DNA of 64,000 bases from Actinomycetota bacterium (GTDB taxonomy: Bacteria > Actinomycetota > AC-67), in assembly GCA_036397035.1 (NCBI GenBank), contig DASWJS010000021.1:788-64787 (forward strand). Reading direction: 5' to 3'. The notes below the pieces were generated by a model. The model ran no database searches, was not told where the DNA came from, and worked only from the letters and a program-made list of their open reading frames with translations. Of this stretch, positions 32,225 through 43,989 are shown piece by piece (the stretch's first letter is position 1; each line of letters starts with the position of its first letter). Both the position numbers and the translations under genes were made by a program.

Positions 32225-33696
32225 GGCGCGCTCCACAGGGGCGGGTCGGGCGCCGGGCCGCGCGCGCGCTCGTAGGCCGCCGCGACCCGGAACAGGAGCG
32301 GCTCGGACAGCGGCGGGCCGAGGACCTGAAGGCCGACCGGCAGGCCGTCGTCGCTGAGACCGCACGGCACGCTGATCCCGGCGGCGCCCGCGAGGTTGGT
32401 CGGGATCGTGTACACGTCGCTGAGGTACATCGCGAGCGGGTCGCCGGTCTTCTCGCCCACCGCGAACGCCGTCGTCGGGCTCGTCGGGCCGACCAGCACG
32501 TCGAAGTCTGCATAGGCGCGCTCGAACTCGCGGATGACCAGCGTGCGGACCTGCTGGGCCTTGCCGTAGTAGGCGTCGTAGTAGCCGACCGACAGCGCGT
32601 AGGTGCCGAGCATGATGCGGCGCTTGACCTCGTCGCCGAAGCCTTCGGTGCGTGTGCGCGTATTGAGGTCGACGACGTCGGTCGCGTTCGCGGCGCGGTG
32701 GCCCTGGCGCACGCCGTCGTAGCGCGCGAGGTTGCTCGAGCACTCCGCCGGCGCGATCAGGTAGTAGGCGCTCAGCGCGTACTCGAACACCGGCAGGCTC
32801 ACCTCGCCGACGCGCGCGCCGGCGGCGGCGAGCGCGTCGATCGCCTCTCGCACGCGCGCCTTCACGCCCGGCTGCAAGCCGTCGCCGCCCATCCAGTCCG
32901 CGATCACGCCGACCCGCAGGCCCTCGATCCCCTCGCCCAGCGCCGCGCGGTAGTCGGGCACCGGATCGTCGATGCTCGTCGCGTCCATCGGGTCGTGGCC
33001 GGCGAAGACGCCGAGCAGCAGCGCCGCGTCCTCGGTGCTGCGCGCGATCGGGCCGACCTGGTCGAGGCTCGAGGCGAAGGCGATGATGCCGTAGCGGCTG
33101 ACGCGCCCGTAGGTCGGCTTCACGCCGACGACGCCGCACAGGCTCGCGGGCTGCCGGATCGATCCGCCGGTGTCGGTCCCGATGCCGAGCGGCGCCATCC
33201 CGGCCGCGACCGCCGCGACGCTTCCGCCGCTCGAGCCGCCGGCGACCCGCGTGAGGTCCCACGGGTTCAGGCTCGGTCCGAAGGCCGAGTTCTCCGTCGA
33301 GGAGCCCATCGCGAACTCGTCCAGGTTCGCCTTGCCGACGATCGGCAGCCCGGCCACGCGCAGGCGCTCGACCACGGTGCAGTCGTAGGGGGGCACGTAG
33401 TCCGCCAGGATCCTGCTGGCGGCCGTCGTGCGGATCCCGTCGGTGCACAGGATGTCCTTGATCGCGACCGGCGCCCCCGCGAGCGGGTGCAGGCGCTCGC
33501 CGCGCGCGACGCGGGCGTCCACCTCGCCGGCCGTCGCGCGGGCCAGCTCGGGCGTGACCGTGATGAACGCGTGCACCCGGTCGTCCAGCACGGCGATCCG
33601 GTCCAGGTGTGCCTCGGTCACCTCGCGCGCGCTCGCCTCCTTGGCGGCGATCATGCGCGCCAGCTCGGCCGCGCCGAGCCGCCACAGCTCGCTCAC
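32221..33696 (-). CDS. gatA: Glutamyl-tRNA(Gln) amidotransferase subunit A
   Basis: Amidase signature [32 protein letters not shown]. Confidence 0.95.
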   Translation of the reverse strand: MSELWRLGAAELARMIAAKEASAREVTEAHLDRIAVLDDRVHAFITVTPELARATAGEVDARVARGERLHPLAGAPVAIKDILCTDGIRTTAASRILADYVPPYDCTVVERLRVAGLPIVGKANLDEFAMGSSTENSAFGPSLNPWDLTRVAGGSSGGSVAAVAAGMAPLGIGTDTGGSIRQPASLCGVVGVKPTYGRVSRYGIIAFASSLDQVGPIARSTEDAALLLGVFAGHDPMDATSIDDPVPDYRAALGEGIEGLRVGVIADWMGGDGLQPGVKARVREAIDALAAAGARVGEVSLPVFEYALSAYYLIAPAECSSNLARYDGVRQGHRAANATDVVDLNTRTRTEGFGDEVKRRIMLGTYALSVGYYDAYYGKAQQVRTLVIREFERAYADFDVLVGPTSPTTAFAVGEKTGDPLAMYLSDVYTIPTNLAGAAGISVPCGLSDDGLPVGLQVLGPPLSEPLLFRVAAAYERARGPAPDPPLWSAP

Positions 33697-33986
33697 GCCT
33701 CCTCCAGGATGCGCGGGACCCGGAAGCGCCCGTCCTCGACCTCGGGCCCGATGCCGAGCGCCTTGCCCTGCGGCAGGCTCGGCTTCACCTCGTCGGGCCG
33801 GAAGACGTTCGTCATCGGGATCGCATGCGCGGTCGGCGGCACGTCCTCGGTCGCGAGCGCGCTCACCTGGTCCGCGTGCTCCAGGATGCGCGAAAGCTGG
33901 GAGGTGAAGCGGTCCAGCTCGTCGTCGGTGAAGGCGAGCCGCGCGAGCTTCGCCACGTGCCGGACTTGGTCCTTGTCGATCGCCAT
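33693..33986 (-). CDS. gatC: Glutamyl-tRNA(Gln) amidotransferase subunit C
   Basis: 97 aa: [31 protein letters not shown].... Overlaps the gatA start. Confidence 0.9.
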   Translation of the reverse strand: MAIDKDQVRHVAKLARLAFTDDELDRFTSQLSRILEHADQVSALATEDVPPTAHAIPMTNVFRPDEVKPSLPQGKALGIGPEVEDGRFRVPRILEEA

Positions 33987-34011
33987 GACGCCCGAGTCTA
34001 CCGGCGCGCGT

Positions 34012-36000
<1,989 letters not shown>

Positions 36001-36243
36001 CTACCGCGAGCGGGTGGACTTCTTCGCGCGCTTGGCGCCCGCCTTGGCTCGCGGCGCGGCGCCGCGGGACGCGGATCCCAGCGCGGACTCCAGCGCGCCG
36101 AGGTCCGCCCGCAGCGTCTCGAGGACCTCCTCCGCCGGAGCGAACTCGCGACGCACCGCGATCGAGTAGCGCTGGATCACCTGAAGGTCGGGCAGGCGCA
36201 CCCGCCTGCCCTGCGAGGAATCAGCGTTCGAAGACTCGGCCAC
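36001..36243 (-). CDS. Small hypothetical protein (80 aa), uncertain
   Basis: An ORF tightly packed between mnmA and ligA on the same strand. Basic C-terminus. No recognisable family. Confidence 0.3.
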   Translation of the reverse strand: MAESSNADSSQGRRVRLPDLQVIQRYSIAVRREFAPAEEVLETLRADLGALESALGSASRGAAPRAKAGAKRAKKSTRSR

Positions 36244-36258
36244 GGGGCGATTATAGGT

Positions 36259-37308
36259 TCACAGCGCGCGTTCGATGGTTGCGCCGCCGAGGACTTCGGC
36301 GCCGGCGTAGAACGCGACGAGCTGGCCGGGGGCGATGCCGCGTTCGGGGCGCTCGAAGCGCACGGTCGCACGGTCCTCGGTCGCATCCTCCAGCCGGGCG
36401 GGAATCGGCTCCCCGTGGGCGCGCACCTGGACGGCGTCGACGTCGCCGGGCGCCCCGGCAATCCAGGAAACCTCGGACGCCTCCAGCCCGCGGCGCGCGA
36501 GAAGCTCGCCCGGACCGATGACGATCCGGTTGGCCGGCGCGTCGACGTCCAGGACGTAGGCGCGCTCGGCGAGCGCCAGCCCGAGCCCGCGGCGCTGGCC
36601 GACGGTAAAGCGGTGGATGCCGTCGTGCTCGCCCAGGACGCGCCCGGACGGGTCGACGATCTCGCCGGGCCGCGCGCCGCCGAGCTGCTCCTGCACGAAC
36701 TCGCCCGCGTCGCCGCCGGGCACGAAGCAGATGTCGTAGGACTCGGGCTTGTTCGCGACCCGCAGGGACAGCTCGGCGGCGCGCGCGCGCGTCTCGGACT
36801 TGCGCTGCAGCCCCACGGGGAAGCGCGCGCGCGCGATCTGCTCGCCCGTGATGCGCGCCAAGACGTAGGACTGATCCTTGTCCGGATCGGCCGCGCGAAA
36901 CAGCCGCCCGTCGCGCGCGACCGCGTAGTGACCGGTGGCCAGCGCGTCGAAGCCCGTCGCCACCGCTCGGTCGAGCAGCGCACCGAACTTGATCTTCTCG
37001 TTGCAGCGCACGCACGGGTTCGGCGTGCGCCCGCTCGCGTAGGCGTCGACGAAGTCGCGCACGACGTGCTCGCCGAAGGCTTCTTTCATGTTCCAGACGT
37101 AGAACGGGATATCGAGCACCTGCGCCACCCGCCGCGCGTCGTCGGCGTCGGTCACCCCGCAGCAGCCGTGGACGCGCCCGTCGGCCGCCTCGCCGTGCAC
37201 GTCCGCCAGGCGCAGGTGCACGCCGGTCACCTCGTGTCCCTCCTCGACGAGCATCGCCGCCGCGACGCTGGAGTCCACGCCGCCGGACATCGCCGCCAGG
37301 ATCTTCAT
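36259..37308 (-). CDS. mnmA: tRNA-specific 2-thiouridylase
   Basis: PP-loop AAMSGGVDSSVAA, and catalytic cysteines in the CVRCN and CF contexts. Confidence 0.9.
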   Translation of the reverse strand: MKILAAMSGGVDSSVAAAMLVEEGHEVTGVHLRLADVHGEAADGRVHGCCGVTDADDARRVAQVLDIPFYVWNMKEAFGEHVVRDFVDAYASGRTPNPCVRCNEKIKFGALLDRAVATGFDALATGHYAVARDGRLFRAADPDKDQSYVLARITGEQIARARFPVGLQRKSETRARAAELSLRVANKPESYDICFVPGGDAGEFVQEQLGGARPGEIVDPSGRVLGEHDGIHRFTVGQRRGLGLALAERAYVLDVDAPANRIVIGPGELLARRGLEASEVSWIAGAPGDVDAVQVRAHGEPIPARLEDATEDRATVRFERPERGIAPGQLVAFYAGAEVLGGATIERAL

Positions 37309-38438
37309 CGGCGCAACCGCTCCACCGCCGACACGACCGCGTCGACTGCCGCGTCGACCTCCTCCTCGGTCGTGGTCACGCCGAGCGTCAGCCGCAGCAC
37401 GCCGCTCGGACGAAGGCCCATCGCCTGCAGCACGTGCGACGGCTCGGTCGCGCCGCTCGAACAGGCGGATCCGCTCGACGCGGCGACGCCGGCCCCGTCG
37501 AGCAGCAGCAGGAGCGGCTCGCTCTCGACGCCCTCGATCCCGACGTTGCAGTTGTTGGGCAAGCGCTCGGCGCCCGCGCCGTGAACGCGCAGCCCGTCGA
37601 TTCGGCCGAGCAGGCCCGCCTCGAGCCGGTCGCGCAACGCGCGCACGCGCGCGGCGGTCGCGGCCAACCGCTCGACCGTGAGCCGCACCGCCTCACCGAA
37701 GCCAGCGATCCCGGCGACGTTGTAGGTGCCCGAGCGGATGCCGCGCTCCTGTCCCCCGCCGTGGACGATCGGCTCCACGCCTACCCCGCGCCGGACGACG
37801 AGCGCGCCCACACCCTTTGGCCCGCCGAGCTTGTGCGCCGACAGCGCGATCAAGTCCGCGCGCGCAGCGTCCAGCGGAATCCACGGCAGCGCCTGCACCG
37901 CGTCCGTGTGGAAACGCGCGCCCGTCTCGTGCGCGATTTCGGCGACGCTCGTCACCGGCTGGATCGTCCCGACTTCGTTGTTGGCCGCCATGACCGACAC
38001 GACTCCCGTCGTGCCGTCGATCGCGTCCGCCAGCGCATCGAGATCCAGCACCCCGTCGCGATGCACGCCGACGATACGGACGACGAAGCCCTGCCGCCCG
38101 AGCCACGCCGCCGTGTCCAGCACGGCATGGTGCTCGATCGCGCTGACGACGATCCCATCGCGCCCCTGGCCCTTCTGCCGCCATGCCGCGCCTTGCAGTG
38201 CGAGGTTGTCGGCTTCGGTCCCGCCGGACGTGAAGATCACTTCCTCAGGGCGAGCCCCCGCCGCCGCGGCGACGTGCTCCCGCGCCTCCTCGATCGCCTT
38301 TCGAGCCTCGCGCGCACCCGCGTGGAGCGAGGACGCGTTGGCAAAGCGCTCGCCAAGGTAGGGCTCCATGGCCGCGCGCGCCTCCGGCAGCAGCGGGGTC
38401 GTCGCGGCGTGGTCGAGGTACAGGGTCCGGCGGGCCAT
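37305..38438 (-). CDS. iscS: Cysteine desulfurase (IscS/NifS family)
   Basis: Class V PLP fold (LYLDHAATTP, SAHKLGGPKGVGAL, catalytic SSGSACSS). Start taken as MARRTLYLDH (38438). Overlaps the mnmA start by 4 nt. Confidence 0.85.
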   Translation of the reverse strand: MARRTLYLDHAATTPLLPEARAAMEPYLGERFANASSLHAGAREARKAIEEAREHVAAAAGARPEEVIFTSGGTEADNLALQGAAWRQKGQGRDGIVVSAIEHHAVLDTAAWLGRQGFVVRIVGVHRDGVLDLDALADAIDGTTGVVSVMAANNEVGTIQPVTSVAEIAHETGARFHTDAVQALPWIPLDAARADLIALSAHKLGGPKGVGALVVRRGVGVEPIVHGGGQERGIRSGTYNVAGIAGFGEAVRLTVERLAATAARVRALRDRLEAGLLGRIDGLRVHGAGAERLPNNCNVGIEGVESEPLLLLLDGAGVAASSGSACSSGATEPSHVLQAMGLRPSGVLRLTLGVTTTEEEVDAAVDAVVSAVERLRR

Positions 38439-38472
38439 GGAAACGTCAGCGTAGCAACGCTCGTTCGTATTC

Positions 38473-38572
38473 GGTCCGCCGTGGGCCGATACGGCCCGCT
38501 TTGGTTCGAAGCGGTCCATCGTGGACTCATACGGTCCATCGTGGACTCATGCGGTCCGCCGTGGGTCGATGC
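38473..38572. repeat. Four 20-bp direct repeats (three in perfect tandem) in the upstream region of the iscS-mnmA operon
   Basis: ggtccgccgtgggccgatac (38473-38492), ggtccatcgtggactcatac (38513-38532), ggtccatcgtggactcatgc (38533-38552), ggtccgccgtgggtcgatgc (38553-38572). They lie in the non-coding gap between the 38584 gene stop and the iscS start. Confidence 0.6.
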
Positions 38573-38583
38573 AACCCGCTCGC

Positions 38584-41568
38584 TCAGAGCATGCCGAGCA
38601 GGTCGCCGGCGCTCGCGACGCCCTTGACGTCACTGCGACGCTGCGACCATCTCGAGGCGCCCGTCGAGGCGAGCCCCGCGGCCGACCCAAGGAGCACCTT
38701 CACCTCGCCGACGTCGCTCATGCCGCTCAAGTTCTCGCCGGGCGCTCCGATCGCGACGTCGCCGAAGCCGTCGCCGTTGAAGTCGCCGACGCCCAGGGCG
38801 GCCGCGAACACGTCCCCGTATTCGACCTGTCCGGGCACGCCCGTCGTGCCCTCGGTCCATCGCCGGCTTCCGATGCCGAGCGGCCCGCCGGCCGACCCGG
38901 GAAGCACGGTCAGCGCGCCGGCGTCGACTCGGGCGCCGAGGTTCTCGTGCGGGGCGCCGACGATCAGCTCGGCAAAGCCGTCGGCGTCCAGGTCGCGTGC
39001 CGCGACCGACGACCCGAAGCCGTCACCGCGCTCGGCGGTGTCGGGGATCTCGACGGAGTCCTGGGTCCAGAGCTGGCTGGACGCCGCGGTGATCCCCGCC
39101 GTCGAACCGAACAGCACGGCCACGGCGCCGGCGTCGGCGACGTCGCCCACGTCCTCGCCGGGGATGCCGATAACCAGGTCGCCGCGTGCGCCCGCGCCGA
39201 GGTTGCCGATCGCGAGCGAGGCGCCGAAGCCGTCGCCGGTCTCGGGATCGTCGGCGATGCCCTCGACGCCCTGGTGCCACACCTGGATCCCGTCGAGCGC
39301 CGGGCCTCCTACCCCGCCAAAAAGCGTGTAGACGCGGCCTGCGCGCGGCACGCCGGCGGCGGTGTCGCCGGGCGAGCCGATGGCAAGGTCGGCGAACGTG
39401 CCTCCGTTGAGGTCCCCCACGGCCAGCGCGGCCCCGAACAGGTCGCGTGGCTCGGCGCGGCCCGGGATGCCGGCTTGATTCTGCTGCAGGGTCCGGGCGC
39501 CGACGCCGGTGAGCCCGGCGGCCGTTCCGAACACGATCTGCACCTTGCCTGCGTCGGCCGTCGCGCCCAAGTCCTCACCGGGGATCCCGATCACCAGGTC
39601 GTCGAAGCCGTCGCCGTTGAGGTCGCCCGAGGCCAGGGTCGACCCGAAGCCGTCGCCCGTTTCGGCGTAGCCGGGCACGCCGCCGGCGCCTTCGGCGAAC
39701 CGCTGCGAGCCTGCTCCCGTCAGCCCGTCGGCCGAGCCGCGGATCACGTCCACCGCGCCCGCGTCGAGCGCGCCGTCCACGTCCTCCCGCGGGACGCCGA
39801 CGGCCAAGTCGGCGAAGCCGTCACCGTCGAAGTCGCCGGCCGCCAGCGCGCTTCCGAAGCCGTCGCCCGGCTCGCGCGCGTCGGGAAGCCCGCCCCAGCC
39901 CTCACGCCACCGGTCGTCGCCGGCGCCCGTCAGGCCGCCGGCCGATCCGTAGAGCACGTTGACGGCGCCGGCGTCCGCCGCGCCGTCGAAGTCCTCACCC
40001 GGCACGCCGATCGCGAGGTCGGCGAAGCCGTCGCCGTCGAAGTCGGCGCCTTGGGTCGCGGCGACGCACGCGCCGCACGACCGCGGCAGCGGCGACAGCA
40101 CCATCAGCGAGCCTGATGCGGGACGGGCGCGCTTTCCGGTCGACGGGCGCTTCGCCTCGATGGTCCATCGAGCAACGCCGCTCGGCACCGGGAGCCCGCC
40201 GGCGTCGGTCCCGTTCCAGCGCACCGCCATCCGCTCGCCGGTACCCCGGAACGTGCGCCACGGCGCGCCGCCGAGCGCGCGAATCCGCAGCGTCCATCGC
40301 ACGCGCTTGGAGAACTCGGCCTTGATCTTTCCGGCGTCGTCGACGCCGTCGCCGTCCGGCCGCAGGGTGTCGAGCGTCGTGCGCGGACGGTAGATCTTCG
40401 GGTGACCCCCGCCGTCGACCTGCTTGCGAATCGACGGGAGCAGGTCGTAGGTCTTCTGGCCCGGGCAGCTCGTCGCGTTGGCGTCGCGGTGGCCGTTGAT
40501 CCGCTTGAGCCGCACGCGGGTGCCCTCCGCGTACTTGTCGGTGCCGCTGCTCGCGATCATCGTCACCCGGCCGATCGGCGGGACGTGATGGACGTCGAGC
40601 TTCCAGCGCAGCAGCTTCACGAGCGCGGTGCGCGCCGCCTTCGGCGGCGCGACGGACTGGAACGTGCCCATCAGCGCGACGCCGGTCGTGTAAGTGTTGA
40701 AGCCGCCGGCGTGCGCGCCGATCACCGCCTGGTCGATCCCGCCGGCGCGTCCTTCGAACACCTGGCCGTAGCGATCGACCAGGAAGTTGTAGGCGATGTC
40801 GCTGTAGCCGCGACCTTTCGTGTGGTAGGCGTAGATCCCGCGCACGATCGAGGCGCTCTCGCTCTTGGAATACGAGTTGGTGCCGGCCGTGTGATGGACG
40901 AAGGACGCCCACAGCTCGGGCGCGATGCCGGGCCCCTTCGTGCGGAGGCTCTCGTCGGCGCCCCATTCCGCGCGCGTGATGATGCCGGGCTGGTTCGGCA
41001 TGGCCTCCGCGACCGGGGTGCGCGGCGTGAAGCCGCGCTTGATCGCGTCCCACGCCCGCTGGAACGGGTTCCGGTGATAGGCGTCGCCGTTGGTGTTGAA
41101 CGCGACGAGCCGCACGTCGCGGACCGCGCGATCGCCCGCCGCGACCCGCAGTTGCACGGTGTCGGCAAGGCCGACCCACAGCGGCAGCGTGAACGCGCCT
41201 GCTCTCATGGCGGGCTCGTCGTCGCCGTCCGGGCCTTCGTCTTCCTCGTAGACCATCGTCTTCCACAGCGACCAGCCGGCCGGCCCGTGCGCGCGCACCC
41301 GGATGTCGGCCGATTCGGCGTCCGCCGAGTCGAAGGACACCCCGATCAGGTTGGCCCGCCACGGCAGCGCGATCGTGCCGGCGGCGGCGCGGTCCGGCGC
41401 GATGCGCGCGCGGACACCGAGCGACGCGTCGAGCGTCTTCGGCGCCGGGGCCTCCGCGCGCACCGGGCCGGGCACGCCGAACGTCGACACGGCCACGACC
41501 GTAACGACGAAGATTCCGCGCCCTTTCCGCACTACCACTCCCCCCGGACTCGACAACGTACGGACCAT
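38584..41568 (-). CDS. Exported N-acetylmuramoyl-L-alanine amidase (Amidase_2/PGRP-like) fused to multiple FG-GAP repeats (994 aa)
   Basis: Signal peptide (an alternative GTG start at 41532 gives ...VAVSTFGVPGPVRA/EAP). Amidase_2 region (FVHHTAGTNSY..., IAYNFLVDRYG, HRDANATSCPG). C-terminal half has at least 8 repeats of the form DFDGDGFADLAIGVPGED...AGAV.VL.GSA.GL. (FG-GAP / integrin-alpha-like). Confidence 0.8.
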   Translation of the reverse strand: MVRTLSSPGGVVVRKGRGIFVVTVVAVSTFGVPGPVRAEAPAPKTLDASLGVRARIAPDRAAAGTIALPWRANLIGVSFDSADAESADIRVRAHGPAGWSLWKTMVYEEDEGPDGDDEPAMRAGAFTLPLWVGLADTVQLRVAAGDRAVRDVRLVAFNTNGDAYHRNPFQRAWDAIKRGFTPRTPVAEAMPNQPGIITRAEWGADESLRTKGPGIAPELWASFVHHTAGTNSYSKSESASIVRGIYAYHTKGRGYSDIAYNFLVDRYGQVFEGRAGGIDQAVIGAHAGGFNTYTTGVALMGTFQSVAPPKAARTALVKLLRWKLDVHHVPPIGRVTMIASSGTDKYAEGTRVRLKRINGHRDANATSCPGQKTYDLLPSIRKQVDGGGHPKIYRPRTTLDTLRPDGDGVDDAGKIKAEFSKRVRWTLRIRALGGAPWRTFRGTGERMAVRWNGTDAGGLPVPSGVARWTIEAKRPSTGKRARPASGSLMVLSPLPRSCGACVAATQGADFDGDGFADLAIGVPGEDFDGAADAGAVNVLYGSAGGLTGAGDDRWREGWGGLPDAREPGDGFGSALAAGDFDGDGFADLAVGVPREDVDGALDAGAVDVIRGSADGLTGAGSQRFAEGAGGVPGYAETGDGFGSTLASGDLNGDGFDDLVIGIPGEDLGATADAGKVQIVFGTAAGLTGVGARTLQQNQAGIPGRAEPRDLFGAALAVGDLNGGTFADLAIGSPGDTAAGVPRAGRVYTLFGGVGGPALDGIQVWHQGVEGIADDPETGDGFGASLAIGNLGAGARGDLVIGIPGEDVGDVADAGAVAVLFGSTAGITAASSQLWTQDSVEIPDTAERGDGFGSSVAARDLDADGFAELIVGAPHENLGARVDAGALTVLPGSAGGPLGIGSRRWTEGTTGVPGQVEYGDVFAAALGVGDFNGDGFGDVAIGAPGENLSGMSDVGEVKVLLGSAAGLASTGASRWSQRRSDVKGVASAGDLLGML

Positions 41569-41647
41569 GGTGGGCGCGATGCGGGGCCGCGCGAACGCGT
41601 GCCCGAGGTCCGTCCTTCCCGGTATCGGCGTTCCTGTGTAGCAGGCT

Positions 41648-43156
41648 TTAGCCGGAAGCGGAAGAGGTTCCTTCGCCTTCCCCGGATTCTTCCGCGGGGG
41701 CGGGGCCCGGAGTGTCCACTCTGTCCCAGTATCGGGACCACGGCCCGGGCGCGGCGCGCAGACGGCGCTCGATGGCGGGCGGGTCCGCCAGCACGACCTG
41801 CGTCGGCGGCGAGCCCAGCCGCGCGAGGTCCTCGTACAGCTCGATCAGCGGCGCGGGATCCTCCCCGGCGACGACGTGCACGAAGAGCCGGTCGGCGCCG
41901 TCGGTCCGGTCCAGCTCGACCTGCCAGTGGTCGGTGCGCTCGGACGCGGCGGCGCCGGCGTCGCGAAGGTCGATGATCGAGCCGCGCCCGTTCAACACCA
42001 CCTCGCGCCGCCACTCTCCCTGCCGGACGGTCGGCCCGACACGCGGGGCGGTGCGACCGCAGTTCGGGCAGGGCTCGGTGCTGAGCCCGCCGAGCGCGAG
42101 GTCGCCCGTGCGCCAGCGCGGCGCGCCGCCGCCCCTGAACACCAGCGGCGTGACGACCAGCTCGCCCGGCTCCTGCTCGCCGCGCCGCTCGCCCGTCTCC
42201 GGCGAGATCACCTCGACCACGTCGAGGTCCGAGTAGGTGTGCAGCCCGAAGGTCTCCTCGCGCCCGGCCGGGACCGAGCACTCCCCCCACAGCACGCGCC
42301 CTTCGGCGGGCCCGTAGACCGCCGCGATGTGCGCGTCGCGCGCGCCCGCCGACAGCAGGCCTTCGCCGAGCGCCGCTCGCTCCGGAGCCGTGAGCGAACG
42401 CCCCACGGCGAGCACCAGCTCGAGCTTCGAAATGTCGATGCCGTCTTCCATCGCGATTCGCGGGAAGGCCACCGCCTCGCTCGCGGGCAGCGCCACCACG
42501 GTCGCGCGCGACTCGTCGAGCGCCTGCATCGACGAGGCAAGGTCGCGGCGGCTGCCGCGGAAGTGGACCGCGTTCATGCCGACGCCGTGCGCCATGTAGT
42601 AGACGCCCCAGAAGTTCAGCGTCGGGCCGAACGGCACCAGGTTCAGCAGCCGGTCCTCGCGGCCGAGCCCGACCACCGCGGCCAGGCGCGCGCCCGCGCG
42701 CGCCAGCAGGTCCAAGTCGTCGCGCGTGTAGGCGACGGGCAGGCGCCCGCCCGGGCCGAGCGGCAGGTGCACGTGCACCGCGCGCGTCGCCGCCTCGATC
42801 TGCAGTTCCTTCGCCTCCTCGCCGCCGAGCAGGCTGACGACCAGCAGGCGCCGCAGCACCGACCAGTCGCTGAACCGCTTCACGCCTTCGCCGGTCCCGC
42901 GCAGGACGAGCGCGTTCGGTCCTTCGGGGTTGCGGCGCGGGTCCAGCACGTCGCGCCGCATCGACAGCGGCAGCGTGTCGAGCGCGTCCAGGCCCTTGAA
43001 CAGTCGCGCGTCGATGCCGGCCGATGCGAGCCGCGCGCGCACGAACGGCACGTGGCCGAGCGCCATCTGCAGCAACGTCTGGCGCAGCAGCACGTTCTGC
43101 TGCTTGCGCTGCTCGGCGATCGTGCGGTGATCCCAGGCGACGGCCATCGGCGCCAT
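41648..43156 (-). CDS. Adenylate-forming enzyme, phenylacetate-CoA ligase / F390 synthetase-like
   Basis: PaaK-family-like architecture: N-terminal region, then central YSDLDVVEVISPETGE and C-terminal regions. Start taken at MAPMAVAWDH (43156). Confidence 0.65.
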   Translation of the reverse strand: MAPMAVAWDHRTIAEQRKQQNVLLRQTLLQMALGHVPFVRARLASAGIDARLFKGLDALDTLPLSMRRDVLDPRRNPEGPNALVLRGTGEGVKRFSDWSVLRRLLVVSLLGGEEAKELQIEAATRAVHVHLPLGPGGRLPVAYTRDDLDLLARAGARLAAVVGLGREDRLLNLVPFGPTLNFWGVYYMAHGVGMNAVHFRGSRRDLASSMQALDESRATVVALPASEAVAFPRIAMEDGIDISKLELVLAVGRSLTAPERAALGEGLLSAGARDAHIAAVYGPAEGRVLWGECSVPAGREETFGLHTYSDLDVVEVISPETGERRGEQEPGELVVTPLVFRGGGAPRWRTGDLALGGLSTEPCPNCGRTAPRVGPTVRQGEWRREVVLNGRGSIIDLRDAGAAASERTDHWQVELDRTDGADRLFVHVVAGEDPAPLIELYEDLARLGSPPTQVVLADPPAIERRLRAAPGPWSRYWDRVDTPGPAPAEESGEGEGTSSASG

Positions 43157-43196
43157 GCTAACGGCCCGGGCGCGCGCTGGTAGGCTCCCCCGGCAC

Positions 43197-43985
43197 ATGA
43201 GCGATCCCGACGCCGTTCCCGCGCGCTCGCTGTCCTTCGACGCGGCCGAGCCGCTGCCGCTGACCGGCGAGCGCACCGCGCCCGGCGTTCCCGAAGAGAA
43301 CTACTGGTTCCAGCGTCACGTCGCCGGGTACCTGTTCGCGGCGGATCGCGTCGCCGGGACGCGCGTGCTCGACGCGGGGTGCGGCGAGGGCTACGGGACC
43401 GAGCTGCTGGCGGCGCGCGCGACGGCCGTCCATGCCCTGGACCTGGAGTGGCCCGTGGTCGCGCGCGCCCGGGCCCGCTACCCGCGGACGGGCTTCGGCG
43501 CCGGGAACCTCGTTGCCATGCCGTTCGCCGCGGGAACCTTCGACGCCGTCGTCTCGCTCCAGGTCATCGAGCACCTCCACACGCCGCAGGAGTTCCTCGC
43601 CGAGTGCAAACGCGTGCTGCGGCCGGGCGGGCTCATCCTCGTCTCGACGCCGAACCGCCTCACCTTCTCGCCCGAGGGCGTGCGCAACCCGTTCCACACC
43701 TTCGAGTTCGCGCCGGAGGAGCTGCACGCGACGATGGCTCGTCACTTCACCGGCATCGAGCTGCTCGGCACGTTCCACGGCCCGTCGATCCGCTCGCTCG
43801 AGCGGTTCATGCGCGTGTCGTTCCCCGAGCGGCTCATCCAGACGCCCGCCTACGAGTGGCCCGACTGGCTCCAGTCGCGCGTCGCGCGCGTCCGGCCGGG
43901 CGACTTCCGCGTCCGCGCGCGCGCGTTGGAGCGGAGCCTGGACCTCGTCGCCGTCGCGCGCGCGCCCTCGTCCCCGCGCGCATAG
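43197..43985 (+). CDS. SAM-dependent methyltransferase (class I)
   Basis: Motif I VLDAGCGEGYG, motif post-I, and VLRPGGLILVSTPN. First gene of the MGLP-like block. Confidence 0.7.
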   Translation: MSDPDAVPARSLSFDAAEPLPLTGERTAPGVPEENYWFQRHVAGYLFAADRVAGTRVLDAGCGEGYGTELLAARATAVHALDLEWPVVARARARYPRTGFGAGNLVAMPFAAGTFDAVVSLQVIEHLHTPQEFLAECKRVLRPGGLILVSTPNRLTFSPEGVRNPFHTFEFAPEELHATMARHFTGIELLGTFHGPSIRSLERFMRVSFPERLIQTPAYEWPDWLQSRVARVRPGDFRVRARALERSLDLVAVARAPSSPRA

Positions 43986-43989
43986 CGCG

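Noticed and set aside
38501-40116. + strand ORFs 38501..39331 and 38521..40116 starting inside the 20-bp repeat region
   Set aside because: They begin in the non-coding tandem repeats and run antisense through the FG-GAP gene. Their repetitive Pro/Ser/Ala composition reflects the antisense of the repeats.
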